A stretch of 64,000 nt of DNA from the IMG/VR virus record IMGVR_UViG_3300032268_000986, positions 62,001-126,000 of that record; one strand, 5' to 3'. The position numbers and the translations under genes are program-made. The notes under the pieces were generated by a model. It was not told the DNA's origin, made no database searches, and saw only the letters and a list, made by a program, of their open reading frames with translations. Below, one piece after another: positions 62,131 to 64,000 of the stretch (position 1 is the stretch's first letter; the number at the start of each line of letters is the position of its first letter).

Positions 62131-63018
62131 TTATTTTCCCCATCCATTGCCCCAGAGATCCACATGCAATCTTGGGCTGTAGTTGTAGCCACGCTCCAGG
62201 GCCCAGTTAGCCACATTCACACGATTCTTCTCATAAGGCACAGCTACGCCGCCCTGGGGCATGACAAAAACTTTACCTTTGAATCCTGCCTCACGATACT
62301 CAGACACAGCCTGATCAACTTCTTCAAAGTGTGCCGCACTGTCAACAACAAACTTGAGATACACTGTGCCAACCCACTCATAGTCCACGACAATCTTGGG
62401 TCGGATGGCGTCTGCCCATGATTCGCCACTGGCACTCAACTTTGGACTCACACTGAATGTGAGTGCTGCCGGTGTTCTTTTTTGCGCCAAGGAGTTGTGT
62501 TTGCTGTTCAAGGTCCAGTTCAACAAGTATTGTCTAAACGCAGGTTGTAGTTCCTGAGTGCCATTGGTTTCAAATGTTAAATTTTGCAAATTCAACATGT
62601 CAGGATGTGACAGCAATTCTTCATACGCACGTTGCCAACCCAGCAACGGCTCACCACCCGTGATCACAAGATGTACATCGTTACCATTGCGTTGTAACCA
62701 TGTATGATTGGGAGTAAGCGCCAACATGCGCTCTACTACTTCACCAGTATTATAATTGGGACTTAGATGTTTGTAAGCCGGATGCCATGATGCATAGCTG
62801 TCACATCCGGTTTCTACCAGGGGTAGATCTTCAAACCGATTATACATGTGAACAACTTCGGCCACTTCATCTGCACCAGTGGATCGTTCTCCAGGTTTGC
62901 ATCCAAACCCTGCACAGGTAAAGTTACATCCAAATGTTCTCAAAAACACACTGGGCACGCCAACAAATCGGCCTTCGCCCTGTGCAGAATAAAATAGTTC
63001 GCTGATTTTTAATTTCAT
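62131..63018 (-). CDS. queE: 7-carboxy-7-deazaguanine synthase (radical SAM)
   Basis: ELFYSAQGEG, VFLRTFGCNFTC...CDS, ITGGEP, ETNG, SVSPK, RLH. Confidence 0.88.
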   Translation of the reverse strand: MKLKISELFYSAQGEGRFVGVPSVFLRTFGCNFTCAGFGCKPGERSTGADEVAEVVHMYNRFEDLPLVETGCDSYASWHPAYKHLSPNYNTGEVVERMLALTPNHTWLQRNGNDVHLVITGGEPLLGWQRAYEELLSHPDMLNLQNLTFETNGTQELQPAFRQYLLNWTLNSKHNSLAQKRTPAALTFSVSPKLSASGESWADAIRPKIVVDYEWVGTVYLKFVVDSAAHFEEVDQAVSEYREAGFKGKVFVMPQGGVAVPYEKNRVNVANWALERGYNYSPRLHVDLWGNGWGK

Positions 63019-63043
63019 ACTGTATTGTACAATAAATTTAATG

Positions 63044-64000
63044 TCAAGTCAATGCCGCAGTTTGCCCACGACGTGCAAAAGTGTCAGTACTGCCCACACG
63101 CTCAATTGATGCTTTGCCAAAGTTACGTCGTCGAGCAAAATAAAACAGCTCTAGGAATCGCGGAAAACTCATGGTTTTTTCTTCGGGAAAGTCCAAGTGA
63201 TAGGTCACTGTTGCTTTTTCAAGTTTGGCATCAGTGGTGATGTATTCCCAAATGTTGTAGTCAAGTTTGAGCTGTTGCGGATAAGACGATATGGAATCAT
63301 ACGCCACTAGATATCTGCGTTGGAATCGCATGACATCGGCCAACAAGTCTTGTGGTAGATCGTAGCGTTGCATGAACTGTTCCAGTCTTTCAAATATGTT
63401 GTCATACTGATGATGCACATGCATGTTCAAGATTGAACGATGAATCAAGTTCCAGCCATGTATCTCAATGCCGCCAATGTCGGGGTGGCGTATTTGGCCT
63501 TGAGTCATCCAGTTTTTGTAATACTGTCTTACTTCTTGCATCTCTTGCACGAACCATGAGTCCTGTTGCAAGAACTCAAACAGATCATCATAGAACTTGC
63601 TGTAATCCACGCCCTGATACTTGTAGACCAGTCGGCTCAGCAGTGTGCTCACACCATTGATATGGAATGTGTTGATGTACCATGAAAACACTTCGGCATC
63701 CAGCATGATTTCGTCGGGCAGATCCTTGGTGGCAGTGATGATGTCAATGCCTTCTTCAATGTGTTCGTTTGAATAACTGCCTGAGAAGTAGTCAGTCACT
63801 CGTGCTGACTTGATCTGAAACAGTTTTTTCTGCAACAGATTCATTTCTGCGTTTTCCAGCAGTTGTGCTTGGAACACAGTGAGGCCAGTGTGATTGCCCA
63901 TGCGGAACAAGCGCCAGAAGTTGTCTTTCCATGTGGTAAGACTTTCGCCGGGCAATCCCAGAATCAGTTCGGTATAAGTGGGAATGTTGCGCTGTTCACA
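63044..64000 (-). CDS. Radical SAM protein, C-terminal part (probably B12-binding class); truncated by window
   Basis: Frame open to window edge; TELILGLPGES motif. Confidence 0.6.
   Translation of the reverse strand, partial: CEQRNIPTYTELILGLPGESLTTWKDNFWRLFRMGNHTGLTVFQAQLLENAEMNLLQKKLFQIKSARVTDYFSGSYSNEHIEEGIDIITATKDLPDEIMLDAEVFSWYINTFHINGVSTLLSRLVYKYQGVDYSKFYDDLFEFLQQDSWFVQEMQEVRQYYKNWMTQGQIRHPDIGGIEIHGWNLIHRSILNMHVHHQYDNIFERLEQFMQRYDLPQDLLADVMRFQRRYLVAYDSISSYPQQLKLDYNIWEYITTDAKLEKATVTYHLDFPEEKTMSFPRFLELFYFARRRNFGKASIERVGSTDTFARRGQTAALT

Overview
A gene-dense 64-kb segment of a large (jumbo/T4-like) dsDNA bacteriophage genome. There are no rRNA or ribosomal-protein genes, but there is ThyX, an RNase H/flap nuclease, a MoxR/VWA pair, many short genes behind repeated sigma70-type promoters, and 35 tRNA/tRNA-like genes covering all 20 amino acids. 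The host is probably a proteobacterium (tmRNA tag ANDSQFALAA; inference). Both ends carry sugar- and nucleotide-tailoring enzymes: carbamoyltransferase, amidinotransferase, epimerase, DegT aminotransferase, PIG-L deacetylase, five GT10-like paralogues, an AsnB-like enzyme, QueE and a radical SAM enzyme. The centre is a translation-support island. Best candidate for an undescribed system: ribosome-dependent attenuators in front of the tRNA blocks. Two apparently leaderless ATGATG mini-ORFs are each followed by an intrinsic terminator, and their codons mirror the downstream tRNAs. The 32-aa leader has a YESDCE cluster ahead of the Glu/Tyr/Asp/Cys tRNAs. The first 33 codons of the 44-aa leader contain all of the other 16 amino acids and none of Y/C/D/E. 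Supporting elements are an MKRAKR mini-ORF with switchable pairing between the Arg and Lys tRNAs, an rrn-type boxA, about ten stem-closed candidate ncRNAs, a permuted two-piece tmRNA whose intervening segment encodes a 54-aa ORF, and a phage RNAP omega subunit lacking the ppGpp-contacting N-terminus near a small alarmone hydrolase. All calls were made by eye; no searches were run.
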